A stretch of DNA of 64,000 nt, from positions 32,001-96,000 of the forward strand of contig CBDDDG010000022.1 of assembly GCA_965226555.1 (NCBI GenBank), in the 5' to 3' direction. A program made the translations under genes and the position numbers. Origin of the DNA: Salinispira sp. (lineage in GTDB: Bacteria > Spirochaetota > Spirochaetia > DSM-27196 > Salinispiraceae). This document shows, piece after piece, positions 1 to 10,115 of the stretch (position 1 is its first letter; the number at the start of each line of letters is the position of its first letter). The notes under the pieces were generated by a model, which was not told the DNA's origin, did no database searches, and saw only the letters and a program-made list of their open reading frames with translations.

Positions 1-13
1 AAATAGTTATACT

Positions 14-424
14 ATGAAGAGTTTTAGTGAAGAACTTATAGAGAAAGGCATGGAGTATGCCCGAAACCTCCATTCTCTTGCCTATGCGCCGTACTCAAAA
101 TTCCATGTTTCAGCAGCCCTGTATCTGAGTGAGAAAAAAGAATTTATTGGGGGAGTGAACGTTGAAAATATGAGTTTTGGCGGAACCATTTGTGCGGAAC
201 GGTCAGCAATTTGTTCTGCTGTAAGTAAATATGGCAGAACCGCCTTTGGATTCATCATCATCTATACCCGCCATAAGACACTTACCCCTCCCTGCGGTAT
301 ATGTCGGCAATTTATATCGGAATTCTGTGATGGAGATTTCCCTGTTATTCTCATAAACCATATGAATGAGCGCCGGGATATGAAGTTTTCTGAACTTCTC
401 CCTCATCCATTTGAATCTTTCTGA
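14..424 (+). CDS. cdd: Cytidine deaminase
   Basis: AYAPYSKF, NVENMSFGGTICAER and PCGICRQ zinc motifs. Confidence 0.93.
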   Translation: MKSFSEELIEKGMEYARNLHSLAYAPYSKFHVSAALYLSEKKEFIGGVNVENMSFGGTICAERSAICSAVSKYGRTAFGFIIIYTRHKTLTPPCGICRQFISEFCDGDFPVILINHMNERRDMKFSELLPHPFESF

Positions 425-532
425 CATACTCCTTTTGTAATTTTCATACACATTTTTCATGAGCATTATTCCGTATACAATAATTCAATTTCTCTGTAGA
501 ATACGGAATTACCCCCATGAATGGAGACTGCC

Positions 533-973
533 ATGAATATACGATTGACAGATGTAACACAGGATATTGTTGATAAGGTTATTGCCCTGAAGGTTAAGGA
601 GGATCAAAAGGATCTCACTCAGGACATTACCTATTTTTTGAGTCAGCCCAATGTGGAACAGGATCTCCGCCCACTGGCAATTTATCATGCTGAAGAATTG
701 GTGGGCTTCTGTGTATATGGTACCGATGATGAAGACGGCAGGGTGTGGATTCAGACCCTTATAATCAGCGCTGCTCACCAGGGTAAGGGATATTCCCGCA
801 TGGCACTGGAAGAACTGATAAACATTATTCGCAGGGAACGTAATCCTGCCGCAATTTTTGCCTGTATCAGAGAGAAAAATACAGCTGCGCAGGCACTTTT
901 TCAGAAACTGAAATTTTCTTCTACTGCCGAAAAAGAGGGTAATGCCGATGTCTGGACACTCAGCTTTGAGTAG
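533..973 (+). CDS. GNAT N-acetyltransferase (diamine acetyltransferase-like)
   Basis: HQGKGY acetyl-CoA motif, N..A..LF.KL.F; GGAG RBS before ATG 533 (track start 521). Confidence 0.8.
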   Translation: MNIRLTDVTQDIVDKVIALKVKEDQKDLTQDITYFLSQPNVEQDLRPLAIYHAEELVGFCVYGTDDEDGRVWIQTLIISAAHQGKGYSRMALEELINIIRRERNPAAIFACIREKNTAAQALFQKLKFSSTAEKEGNADVWTLSFE

Positions 974-999
974 TCAGCCTGAGTGATCGGTCTGAGTAG

Positions 1000-1626
1000 T
1001 CAGATATATTTCTGGATGATGTTCCGTGCCGATTCCCGGCATTCCTGTAGCCATGAGCGGCGTTTTTTCAGGGGAGAGCCCCGAAGCGGTGAGCAGATAT
1101 GTACATTGATGTGGGGAATTCCGCAGTAGTCGGCGAGGAGATGAAAGCGCCGGTAATACTGTTCCCTGCCGATTTCCAGTTGTCTGCCGCTGCTGTCGCT
1201 GCAAATCCACAGCGTCAGCGCGCAGTTGCCGAGGAGGCCTCGGCTGCCCCCCTTTTCCCCGCCGGAGCTGTCTTCTCGGTCGTAGGCAATGCCTTGGCGG
1301 AACAGGCGGTCGAAGAAACCTTTAAGAATGGCGGGTTCAGCTCCCCACCAATCGGGGAAAAATAGTATGAGTTCCCGGCAGGAGTGCAGTTTTTCAAGAT
1401 AGCTGCTTGCCGGACTGTCAATAGGCAGGTGTCGGCGCAGTTCGGGCAGGTCCATAACGGGGTTAAAGGCCTCATGGTAAAGGTTCACTGATATCTGCTG
1501 CAGAGGAAGTTGGGCGGATCGATCCAATTCGCTTGTGAATGTCTGTTGCAAGGCGGCGCAGAAGCTTTCTTCATCGGGATGGGCAAGAACCGCCAGAACA
1601 TAGGCAGGCTGGACATAGGCAGGCAA
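1000..1626 (-). CDS. NAD(P)H-dependent oxidoreductase, flavodoxin-like fold
   Basis: VLAHPDEESFC and FPDWWGAEPAILKGFFDR motifs. Confidence 0.8.
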   Translation of the reverse strand: MPAYVQPAYVLAVLAHPDEESFCAALQQTFTSELDRSAQLPLQQISVNLYHEAFNPVMDLPELRRHLPIDSPASSYLEKLHSCRELILFFPDWWGAEPAILKGFFDRLFRQGIAYDREDSSGGEKGGSRGLLGNCALTLWICSDSSGRQLEIGREQYYRRFHLLADYCGIPHINVHICSPLRGSPLKKRRSWLQECRESARNIIQKYI

Positions 1627-2109
1627 TTATTTTTTTCCGCCCGATTTTTTGGGATTCGGCCCGAATCGGTTTTCTCCCGCCTGACTGTCCTGTGTGAGAA
1701 AGATGAGAAGAATGGTAGTGGAAATAAGAAAAACCGGACCGTATATTCTGGCTGCGCTTGTCGGTATACCTTCCGATGGAACAAAAAACAGGACACCCCC
1801 GAAGGTAGCAGAGAGCTGCGCAATGAGGGCGAGAAGCAGCCACCAACCGCTGCGTCCGGTATCGTGAAGCCTTCGGATTGTTACGGCGAGGGCTGGTACC
1901 AGTACCAGTACGGGGTACAGAACCGCAATAATAAAGGTAATGACGGGCATAACAGCGGGCGCCGATTCAATGGTACTCAAAAGCCTCGTGATCACTGCAT
2001 TAACGAACTTAAACAGAAGATCAACAAGAGTAAAATACCAATATTCCTTACGGCGCGCGCGTCCTGAAAATACCGCATATTTTTTAAGAACGGCAATGTA
2101 CCACTTCAT
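1627..2109 (-). CDS. DUF805 membrane protein
   Basis: FSGRARRKEYW, RRLHDTGRSGWW, NRFGPNP. Confidence 0.9.
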   Translation of the reverse strand: MKWYIAVLKKYAVFSGRARRKEYWYFTLVDLLFKFVNAVITRLLSTIESAPAVMPVITFIIAVLYPVLVLVPALAVTIRRLHDTGRSGWWLLLALIAQLSATFGGVLFFVPSEGIPTSAARIYGPVFLISTTILLIFLTQDSQAGENRFGPNPKKSGGKK

Positions 2110-2118
2110 AATTCTTTC

Positions 2119-2147
2119 ATTGTATTACCGGAAAGAAAAAATGCCAA
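2119..2147 (-). promoter_or_regulatory. Sigma70-like promoter of the DUF805 gene
   Basis: TTGGCA-17-TACAAT, 9 nt before ATG 2109. Confidence 0.5.
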
Positions 2148-2201
2148 GGGCAGAATGTGCGGTTGCATCCGTCTCGTACATGCGCCGCCCACAGGCACGC
2201 G

Positions 2202-2230
2202 TTGACAGAAAGCGCTTCGGGCAATATCAT
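2202..2230 (+). promoter_or_regulatory. Sigma70 promoter of metXW
   Basis: TTGACA(2202-2207)-17-TATCAT(2225-2230). Confidence 0.7.
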
Positions 2231-2254
2231 GCAAAAGTTTCTAGTGAGGGGAAT

Positions 2255-3391
2255 ATCAATATCAACAGAGAATACGTTGTGCCGCAGAATTGTTTTATCA
2301 ATTCTCCCGATGCCATTATACTTGAAAATGGGCAGACCTTTGGTCCGCTGAATATCCGCTATGAAACCTACGGCAGGCTCAACAGCGACAGGTCAAATGC
2401 CATTCTGCTCACGCATGCTTTCTCCGGCGATGCCCACGCGGCGGGGTACCACGCGGTCGATGATCGGAAGCCCGGCTGGTGGGATCGCATGATCGGCCCC
2501 GGGAGGGCTATTGATACTGAGCGCTATTTTGTTATGTGCTCCAATGTGCTGGGCGGGTGCATGGGGACGAGCGGACCGGGCAGTATCAACCCGAAAACCG
2601 GTAAGCCTTATGCTCTGGAATTTCCGGTTATTACGATTCAGGATATGGTGGGGGCACAGAAACTTCTGCTCGATTATCTTGAAATACCGCAGCTTCTGGC
2701 TGTTATTGGAGGTTCCATGGGGGGCATGCAGGTGTTGGAGTGGAGCATTGCCTGGCCGGAGCGCCTGCGCGCGGGCATTGTTATTGCTTCTGCGGGCAGG
2801 CTGAGCACCCAGGGCATCGCCTTCGATGCCGTTGGCAGGAACGCCATAATGACCGATCCGAACTGGAAGGGCGGGGAGTATTATGAGAGCGGAGACATTC
2901 CCCGTCATGGACTGTCCATTGCCCGGATGATTGGGCACATTACTTATTTATCTGATGAATCGATGATGCGGAAATTCGGGCGTAGGCTCCAGAATCGTGA
3001 ATCGGTCAATTTCGATTTCACCGATCAGTTTCAGGTTGAAAGTTATCTGGAGTATCAGGGCGACCGCTTTGTGGAGCGCTTCGATGCCAATTCTCATATT
3101 TATCTTAGCAAGGCCATGGATTATTACGATTTTGCCGCGCGCTACGGCACCATTGAGCGCGCGCTTTCCCGGGCGATCTGTTCGTATTTGGTTATTTCCT
3201 ATTCAAGCGACTGGCTTTTTCCGCCCCGGCAAATTAAGGAGCTGGTCTACGATATGATGCGGCTCGGGAAGGATGTTTCCTACACCGAATTGGACAGTCC
3301 CTATGGTCACGATGCTTTTTTGCTGGAGGGCGACAAGCAGGAAATTATTGTATCGTCATTTCTGCAATCGGTCGCGGAGGGTCGCCGATGA
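2255..3391 (+). CDS. metX: Homoserine O-acetyltransferase; start uncertain (ATC 2255/2261 or GTG 2279)
   Basis: YETYG, HAFSGDAH, GWWD, GGSMGGM nucleophile, GHDAFL; the track start 1940 lies upstream of the promoter. Confidence 0.9.
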   Translation: MNINREYVVPQNCFINSPDAIILENGQTFGPLNIRYETYGRLNSDRSNAILLTHAFSGDAHAAGYHAVDDRKPGWWDRMIGPGRAIDTERYFVMCSNVLGGCMGTSGPGSINPKTGKPYALEFPVITIQDMVGAQKLLLDYLEIPQLLAVIGGSMGGMQVLEWSIAWPERLRAGIVIASAGRLSTQGIAFDAVGRNAIMTDPNWKGGEYYESGDIPRHGLSIARMIGHITYLSDESMMRKFGRRLQNRESVNFDFTDQFQVESYLEYQGDRFVERFDANSHIYLSKAMDYYDFAARYGTIERALSRAICSYLVISYSSDWLFPPRQIKELVYDMMRLGKDVSYTELDSPYGHDAFLLEGDKQEIIVSSFLQSVAEGRR

Positions 3392-4029
3392 GCAGGGGGC
3401 AGGGCGGCGCGCCAATGGGCGCCGATCCGACACGGTTCAGTTACACCCTCATTATGGGTTTGGTTGATGAGGGCAGCAGCGTGCTCGACCTTGGCTGCGG
3501 CAGCGGTGAGCTGCTTCTGCGTCTTGAGAACGATAATAACTGCACAGGGCGGGGGGTCGACCGGAGTGAGGACATGGTACTGAGCTGCATCCGCAAGGGG
3601 CTGTCGGTGTTCCAGGGCGATCTTGATGAGGGGCTGCGGGACTATCCGAGCCGGAGCTATGACTATGTCATTCTGAATCAGACACTTCAGATGCTCCACG
3701 ATCCCATGTTCCTGCTCAGGGAGATGAGCAGGGTCGGTAAGCGCGTCATTATCAATTTCCCGAATTTCGGGCATTATCTCAACCGGTTCCAGCTCATGTT
3801 TCTCGGACAGATGCCGGTGAACAAAAACATCCCCTACAGCTGGCACAATACGCCCAACATCCATTTCTGCACCCGAAAAGACTTTATCCGCCTCTGCACA
3901 GAACTCGGATTGCGCATTATGGGCGAAATCTGCCTCAACTCCCACGGCAAAACCGTAACAATGGGCAAAAACGTGCGCGCTTCCCAGGTCTGCATGCTTT
4001 TGCAGGCGGTGGATTCAGGGGGCGCGTGA
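3388..4029 (+). CDS. metW: Methionine biosynthesis protein MetW
   Basis: VLDLGCGSG, NFPNFGH, WHNTPNIH; ATGA overlap with metX. Confidence 0.9.
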   Translation: MSRGQGGAPMGADPTRFSYTLIMGLVDEGSSVLDLGCGSGELLLRLENDNNCTGRGVDRSEDMVLSCIRKGLSVFQGDLDEGLRDYPSRSYDYVILNQTLQMLHDPMFLLREMSRVGKRVIINFPNFGHYLNRFQLMFLGQMPVNKNIPYSWHNTPNIHFCTRKDFIRLCTELGLRIMGEICLNSHGKTVTMGKNVRASQVCMLLQAVDSGGA

Positions 4030-4167
4030 TTATGGGTGATCCCCTGCCGTATGTGTTAACAGCAGCATTCGCATAACAATCCCATAATTTGCAGAAATTA
4101 CTATTTACAATGTATTATGAATCGTGATAATATGCAGCAACATGATTATTCTAAATTAGGAGGAATA

Positions 4168-5235
4168 ATGAAGAAAATTTTCTTTGCACTTGTATTCTTC
4201 ATTCTTGCCTTTTCTCTCTTCGCCGGCGGCGAACAGGAAGGAACGGCACAGATGAAGGTAGGTATGGTAACCGATGCTGGTACCATTGACGACAAATCCT
4301 TTAACCAGGGAACCTGGGAAGGAATTCAAATGGCCGCTTCAGAGTTTGAGCTCGACATCCGATATCTCAAACCGACCGGCACGACAGAGGCAGATTACAT
4401 ACTTGAAATTTCCAATTTGTACGATGGGGGCTACACCTTCATTGTTACTCCCGGTTTCAAGTTTGAAACAGCCATTTTTCAGGCTCAGGAAGAATATCCC
4501 GATGCTCAATTTGTGCTCATCGACGGCGCTCCCCACGCAGGCGATTTTACTCCGGTTGTCGGAGAAAACACGGTATCAATTTTCTTTGCCGAGCACGAAT
4601 CGGGTTTTCTGGCGGGAGCCGCGGCTGCCCTTGAGCTGAAAGAAGGTAATTTCGGTTTCATTGGCGGATTGGCAATTCCCCCTGTACAGAAATTCAACTG
4701 GGGATTTCAACAGGGTGTTTCCTATGCGAATGAAAATTTCGGCACAAATATCACTATGGATGCTGAAAATGTCATATATCAGGGATCCTTTGACAATGTA
4801 GCCGCAGGTCAGCAAATTGCTGCCCAGATGTTCGACAAGGGTGTTGACGCAATTTTCTGCGCAGCCGGCGGTGTTGGTGTTGGCGCCATTAACGAGGCAA
4901 AAAGCCGCGCGCGCTCAGGCAGCAATGCCTGGATTATTGGTGTTGATGTTGATCAGTACGCAGACGGCATTTATGAGGATAACAAATCCATTATTCTCAC
5001 TTCGGCTGTAAAAAAAGTTGGTCAGGCAGCCTACAGCATGATTGATGCTTTTATATCCGAAAGTTTTCCGGGTGGTGAAACATTGATTTTTGCTGCCGCA
5101 ACCGGCGGTATTGGTATTCCCTCGGAAAATCCAAACCTTTCGGACTCTGTTGAAAGCACTGTTGGCGAACTGCTTGACGGCATTATTTCCGGTACCATTG
5201 CCGTAAGTAGCGAACAGGGAAATCTTATTCCCTAG
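4168..5235 (+). CDS. BMP family (PnrA/TmpC-like) substrate-binding protein
   Basis: DAGTIDDKSFNQ, IIGVDVDQ; AGGAGG RBS; FAGG signal peptide. Confidence 0.88.
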   Translation: MKKIFFALVFFILAFSLFAGGEQEGTAQMKVGMVTDAGTIDDKSFNQGTWEGIQMAASEFELDIRYLKPTGTTEADYILEISNLYDGGYTFIVTPGFKFETAIFQAQEEYPDAQFVLIDGAPHAGDFTPVVGENTVSIFFAEHESGFLAGAAAALELKEGNFGFIGGLAIPPVQKFNWGFQQGVSYANENFGTNITMDAENVIYQGSFDNVAAGQQIAAQMFDKGVDAIFCAAGGVGVGAINEAKSRARSGSNAWIIGVDVDQYADGIYEDNKSIILTSAVKKVGQAAYSMIDAFISESFPGGETLIFAAATGGIGIPSENPNLSDSVESTVGELLDGIISGTIAVSSEQGNLIP

Positions 5236-5263
5236 CACAGGTTTCCATGGTATTCCTGAATGC

Positions 5264-5294
5264 GGGCTGGGTTCTTTGGAATCCAGCCTTTTTT
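5264..5294 (+). terminator. Rho-independent terminator
   Basis: GGCTGGGTTC-tttg-GAATCCAGCC followed by T6. Confidence 0.8.
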
Positions 5295-5356
5295 AATTTT
5301 TTCCGATATACGAGCCTGTAATCATTCAAAGGCGCCTGTTTGTCCGTTCCAGTAAT

Positions 5357-6775
5357 ATGGAAGCTCAATTTTCTTATTCACCTTCTTCACCTTCGGATGA
5401 TCAGAAGTTCCCTTCTTGGGAACAAACCTTGGAACGTATTCTTGCCACATGGTCGGTACCCTTTCTTTTTCCTCACCAGCAACTAAGCATACACTATGTA
5501 CTTTCTGCTGCCGGATACTTTGGACCCGATGAGGAATGCAATCCGGGGTTTTTAGTGAGCCTCCCGACAGGCAGCGGAAAAAGCCTTTGCTTTATGGCTC
5601 CCGCGACCCTGCTTGGCGGCATCACGATCATCTTTTATCCTCTCAATGCGCTTTTACGCGATCAGAAACGACGCTTTGAATCGGTCGGGGCTCAGGTTCT
5701 TCTGTATTATGGCGGACTTGAAAAGAATGAGAAAATTCAGGCTCTTCAATCGCTGAGAAACATGGAACACGGAATTATTCTTACAAACATTGAAAGCGCG
5801 GGAACGGAGAATTTTCAGAAACACCTACGCGCAAAGAATGTTCGGCTGATTATTATTGATGAGGCTCATCTCATTCTTCAATGGGGGAAGACATTTCGCT
5901 CGGGATTGCTGAAGATAGGAGATTTGAAAAAAACCTTTGGTAATCCGGTAACTGCTGCCTTTACTGCGACCATAAGTGAGGAAGACAGGAAAGAACTGGC
6001 AGAACTCCTGTGGCAGGATGAAAACTGGGAATTTTTGGAACTTTTAAGCGATAGACCCAATATTTCATACCGAATCATTCCCTGTGTTGATGAAATCTCT
6101 GCTCTTCGTTTGCTTCTGCGGCAATCCTTCGATGATACATGGGATCTTCTCGCAGCGCGACCGGAATTGAAACGGGAGCTTACATATCCCATGCTGATAT
6201 TTATTCAGCGGAGAAACGACTGTGAATATCTGGCGCGGCAGGCGGAAATATGGCTTCGCCGCTGGAAACGATCCGATGTTTGCACATGGTATTATCATGC
6301 GGGGCTTAGTTCCCGCGATCGTAAGACTATTGAACATGATTTTGCCGCAACACAAAAGGCGCTGCTCTTCACTACCAAGGCCTTCGGTACCGGAATAGAT
6401 ATTCCGGGCATACGTTCAACCATACACATTCATGAACCCGAAACCATGGTGGACTTTCTCCAAGAAAGCGGACGCGCTGGAAGAGACGGCGAACAGGCAT
6501 ATAGTTATGTGCTGCGGAAGAAGGCAGTACTTTTTACAGAAAACTCCTGCAGGCGTCGGCAGGCCCTTAAGGCACTTGGTCAGGAACCGGAAATGTGCAG
6601 CGGATGCGATTATTGTGAGCGCATTCAGTGGGATGAGCCGGTAGAGAGAAAAGCGATTGTATCTGTGAGAGATACTAACCGTTTGAGACTCACGGCCAAC
6701 GAAGAATATAGGATTCTTCGCTATGAGGATTTTGCATCTCTGAGCTGGGAGAACTATCTCAAAGTTAGAAGATAG
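5357..6775 (+). CDS. RecQ-like DEAH helicase
   Basis: LPTGSGKSLCF, DEAH, TAT, YHAG, QESGRAGRDG, C-terminal Cys cluster. Confidence 0.85.
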   Translation: MEAQFSYSPSSPSDDQKFPSWEQTLERILATWSVPFLFPHQQLSIHYVLSAAGYFGPDEECNPGFLVSLPTGSGKSLCFMAPATLLGGITIIFYPLNALLRDQKRRFESVGAQVLLYYGGLEKNEKIQALQSLRNMEHGIILTNIESAGTENFQKHLRAKNVRLIIIDEAHLILQWGKTFRSGLLKIGDLKKTFGNPVTAAFTATISEEDRKELAELLWQDENWEFLELLSDRPNISYRIIPCVDEISALRLLLRQSFDDTWDLLAARPELKRELTYPMLIFIQRRNDCEYLARQAEIWLRRWKRSDVCTWYYHAGLSSRDRKTIEHDFAATQKALLFTTKAFGTGIDIPGIRSTIHIHEPETMVDFLQESGRAGRDGEQAYSYVLRKKAVLFTENSCRRRQALKALGQEPEMCSGCDYCERIQWDEPVERKAIVSVRDTNRLRLTANEEYRILRYEDFASLSWENYLKVRR

Positions 6776-6796
6776 ACGATAAAAAGGTTCAGGATA

Positions 6797-6825
6797 TTCA
6801 CATATAGCACGTTTTCCACTATGAT
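6797..6825 (+). promoter_or_regulatory. Promoter, probably leaderless transcript
   Basis: TTCACA-17-TATGAT, 6 nt before ATG 6832, no SD. Confidence 0.6.
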
Positions 6826-6831
6826 AAAACC

Positions 6832-7245
6832 ATGTTTACTATTACTGCACGAGGTATATATGGGCTTTCTGCGCTTATCGAACTTACGCCTTCGTATAAT
6901 CAAAAATCCCGCCAAATTCGGGAAATAGCCAGCAAACACAACATTCCGCAGCACTATCTGGAACAGATTCTTCTGGTTTTACGAAAGGCAGGAATTGTCG
7001 AAAGCTACCGAGGCGCGCGCGGCGGTTACGCCCTTGCCAGACATCCGTCTCAAATTCAGGTTCTTGAAGTAATGGAACTTCTGGAAGGAAAGCTTGCAGT
7101 GCTTTCAGGGCAACAAAAAGACAATACGCTGAATTTTTTCTGGAACGCCATGGAAGAAACTATCCGAACATTTCTTAACCGCGATCTTGAAGATGTTGCT
7201 CTGGAAATGCAGGCGCAGCAACAGCAGATAAGCTATTCGATTTGA
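6832..7245 (+). CDS. Rrf2 family regulator (CymR-like, no Cys ligands)
   Basis: YLEQIL..LRKAGIVESYRGARGGY.LAR. Confidence 0.88.
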   Translation: MFTITARGIYGLSALIELTPSYNQKSRQIREIASKHNIPQHYLEQILLVLRKAGIVESYRGARGGYALARHPSQIQVLEVMELLEGKLAVLSGQQKDNTLNFFWNAMEETIRTFLNRDLEDVALEMQAQQQQISYSI

Positions 7246-7306
7246 TCGGCGCGGCGGCAATCATCGGCGCGGCGGCAATCATCGGCGCGGCGACAACCAT
7301 CGGCGC
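7245..7306. repeat. 18-bp tandem repeat, about 3.5 copies
   Basis: ATCGGCGCGGCGGCAATC units at 7245, 7263, 7281 and partial 7299, between convergent genes. Confidence 0.9.
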
Positions 7307-7331
7307 TGCGCGCCATAACGGCGCAGAAACA

Positions 7332-9077
7332 TTAATTTTCGACCAGACAGAACAAATCGCCGGCTATGAGACCGAGGTCCTGATAGATGACATCCTGTAG
7401 ATATTCAGCATCCGCCAGTAATTCTTCACTCGCCTGCGCTTTTGTCCGATTCAGAAAATTCCGTAGGCGCGGCGCCCAGCGCCCTATGCGTTCCGACATC
7501 CTGTTTTGCACAATCCAGCTCAGATCATCAACATTCTGCTGAAGCATATAGGCCTGAAACTCATTCACGAGGAGATATTCATCGGATTTATCATAATCGA
7601 AATAGGAAAAATAATAGGTAATATACTCACGTGTATTAGCGCTCATGTCTTCCCAGAGAGCGAAACTCACATTCCGAAGAGGCGGATGGTTGTAAAAAAC
7701 ACCGTGCAGGGCTTCATGATTCAGAAAAAGCTGCCGCGCCGCATCTGCCTGACCGGGCTGAACACTAACTGAGAGAATCTGCCCCTCTCCTTCTCCATAA
7801 TTTCCTGCCTCGTTTACGATAATGCCCTGCTTCAGAAGAATATCGCGAAGAAGTATTTCTTCAGGATTAAGCTCGAAATTTTCCCTGAGCGCCTGGCTAT
7901 AGAAACGGGCAAGATCGCGGGCATGATAATTGTGGGCATTCCACCCATGCCGGTCTATCAGTTCTGCATTGGACAGGAGTGTTCCCCGAATTCCTGTTTT
8001 CTCTGTGAAAAAGGCAAGGCGTTTGAGAAAACGCGCCTGAACAGCATAATCGGCAAAATCGAAAATGTGTACTTCAGGAAAAAGATTCCATGTAAAGAGT
8101 TCGAAAGTATTATGGCGCCAGAGAACTGAGGAATAATTCATGAGCATACCAAGATCTATTGGGAGCGGTTCCAGATTCTCAGGTGCATCGGCCTGAGCGT
8201 TTTTCGTTTCAAGCCTGAATGAGCGGAGCCGTCCAAATTCCGAATTGTGCGTAAAGCGAATGACAGCCGCTTCCGCGGTAAAGCTTTCCGGATAAAAATA
8301 TACCCGTTGTATTCCGGGGCGCAGGGTGAGTTTCCAGCTGCCGATGAGCTCCCGTTTTTCAGAAAGAATTTCAATTTCAGCCAGAGGCGGCGCAGGATGC
8401 GGGAGATCATCATCAAAATGAATATGATCGGCGGAATGTCCATGCTCAGATTTCAGCGGCATACCATTCTCCGGAACAGTATATTCATATTCCAGAGAAA
8501 AAACCGGCACCTCCTCTACAGGAACTACACGCTCTAAATAATTTGACAAATGCAATTCCTGATAAATGAGCGGAGATACAGCGCTGCCCGGGGCGGAACT
8601 ATAAATTTCCTGTTGGTACCGTATTGTCTCCGGTAAAACCATATGATAACTATCGAAATGAAACCCGCTGTAGTCTGTATGAAATGAAAGCCCGAAAATA
8701 TCGGGGAAATTCTGCTCATTTTTTCCCCTCATTCTGAGTTTCCGCATCTCAGGCGGATATTCAAATTGAAATTCAAGTATCCCCTGACCGGGGAATAGCC
8801 CGTGAACAGGATCAATTGTTTTCTCTCTAATGAGGATATCATCACGATCGAGAATTTCCAGTGTCAGAGGGTCTGCGGGATAGGCGAGCGATATGCCAAG
8901 GATGCCCGCTCCTTCGGATATGGGAGAAATATCCAGCTCTCTTATTCCTCTATTCTGCCTGAGTGTCATTTTTTTAATGACATTTCCATCAATATCTTCC
9001 AGAGGAATACTCTTGCCTTGACAGGCGGTAAGACTAAGGATGATACAACAGAGAAGGCATGGTATTTTCTGCTTCAT
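7332..9077 (-). CDS. Hypothetical lipoprotein with HExxH motif
   Basis: LSLTAC lipobox; HEALH near the C-terminus. Confidence 0.7.
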   Translation of the reverse strand: MKQKIPCLLCCIILSLTACQGKSIPLEDIDGNVIKKMTLRQNRGIRELDISPISEGAGILGISLAYPADPLTLEILDRDDILIREKTIDPVHGLFPGQGILEFQFEYPPEMRKLRMRGKNEQNFPDIFGLSFHTDYSGFHFDSYHMVLPETIRYQQEIYSSAPGSAVSPLIYQELHLSNYLERVVPVEEVPVFSLEYEYTVPENGMPLKSEHGHSADHIHFDDDLPHPAPPLAEIEILSEKRELIGSWKLTLRPGIQRVYFYPESFTAEAAVIRFTHNSEFGRLRSFRLETKNAQADAPENLEPLPIDLGMLMNYSSVLWRHNTFELFTWNLFPEVHIFDFADYAVQARFLKRLAFFTEKTGIRGTLLSNAELIDRHGWNAHNYHARDLARFYSQALRENFELNPEEILLRDILLKQGIIVNEAGNYGEGEGQILSVSVQPGQADAARQLFLNHEALHGVFYNHPPLRNVSFALWEDMSANTREYITYYFSYFDYDKSDEYLLVNEFQAYMLQQNVDDLSWIVQNRMSERIGRWAPRLRNFLNRTKAQASEELLADAEYLQDVIYQDLGLIAGDLFCLVEN

Positions 9078-9085
9078 AGATTTTC

Positions 9086-9841
9086 TCAGAGACTGATAAT
9101 CCTCCGAGCCATATATTCCGCAATTTCTCTTTTCCGTTCGAGGGAAGCATCCTGATGGCGGACGAAATTTTCGAGCAGACCCTGAAAGGTATCTGGTTTA
9201 TGCGTAAGCTCAAGAGTATGTTGATAAAATTGGCGCGGGGGAGGCTCAAATACATGATTAATAGCAAAGAGTGTTCTGCAGGCGCTTGTAATAAAACCGC
9301 TTGCTGAGGTGAGGAAAAAGAGTTCATCGGCAACTGCAGTAGCTGCGCTGAGATCGCCAAGGGCATGTTCCATACGCGCCTGAGCTCCCGTTCTGAGTTT
9401 ATTCCAGAAAACATCGGGCACATTTTTTAGCCGTGAACGGGATTGTTTAATCCAGTTTGAATGCGCATGGATAATTTCTGCCTCCATAATTCGGTAGAAT
9501 GTGTAGGTTCCTGAATCTCGAATGGAGACTGCTCCGCTGACAGCAGTGTCTATAATATTGTCGAAGCGCTTTATGTCTTTGTATTCCAAACGTACGGGTA
9601 TGGAATCGGCCAGAAAACGATCCTTGCGATTCTGTGTTTCAAAAGCTCCGGCAAAGGGGAAAAATTCACCCCGATTATCGGAATTGGGAATTTCTCCCTT
9701 CTTATATACATCGAGACTGAGAAAAAAATACGGGTCATAGAGATCGTATTCATTCTGCATAAGTGTGAGCGTATCTACGCCTTCCCACTGTCTGACTACT
9801 GCAACTATTTGTTCCAGCAAACTCCGGATTCGTTTATTCAC
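9086..9841 (-). CDS. DUF4037-like / nucleotidyltransferase-fold protein
   Basis: GTG start with GGGAG RBS; LFAIN..FEP motif; family recognised from memory. Confidence 0.55.
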   Translation of the reverse strand: MNKRIRSLLEQIVAVVRQWEGVDTLTLMQNEYDLYDPYFFLSLDVYKKGEIPNSDNRGEFFPFAGAFETQNRKDRFLADSIPVRLEYKDIKRFDNIIDTAVSGAVSIRDSGTYTFYRIMEAEIIHAHSNWIKQSRSRLKNVPDVFWNKLRTGAQARMEHALGDLSAATAVADELFFLTSASGFITSACRTLFAINHVFEPPPRQFYQHTLELTHKPDTFQGLLENFVRHQDASLERKREIAEYMARRIISL

Positions 9842-9938
9842 GTCGGATATTCTCCCGCAATGAGCGATAATTGAAATGAGTATATCATGGCTTCAGAAAT
9901 ATGCAAAGTTTATATCCCACAAAACTTTTAATAATTAT

Positions 9939-9968
9939 TTGACAAAGTTATTGTATACATAGTAATAT
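9939..9968 (+). promoter_or_regulatory. Possible sigma70 promoter of the M23-bactofilin operon
   Basis: TTGACA-18-TAATAT. Confidence 0.45.
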
Positions 9969-10025
9969 ATCATTTAACTGTTATGCGCAAAATGAATTGT
10001 GGAAATATCTACATTACTTTTGTGT

Positions 10026-10080
10026 TAGAAACTTTTGCATTGGAAAATTGTGCAGAGCACAATTTCCAGTAGCAAAATTT
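10026..10080. repeat. Palindromic repeat family A, full copy
   Basis: TAGAAACTTTTGCATTGGAAAATTGTGCAGAGCACAATTTCCAGTAGCAAAATTT. Confidence 0.9.
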
Positions 10081-10115
10081 TATATTATATTTCATTTTAC
10101 AGGGAACATACGGTA

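Noticed and set aside
1940..2254. Long N-terminal extension of MetX
   Set aside because: Overlaps the opposite-strand DUF805 gene and lies upstream of a consensus promoter
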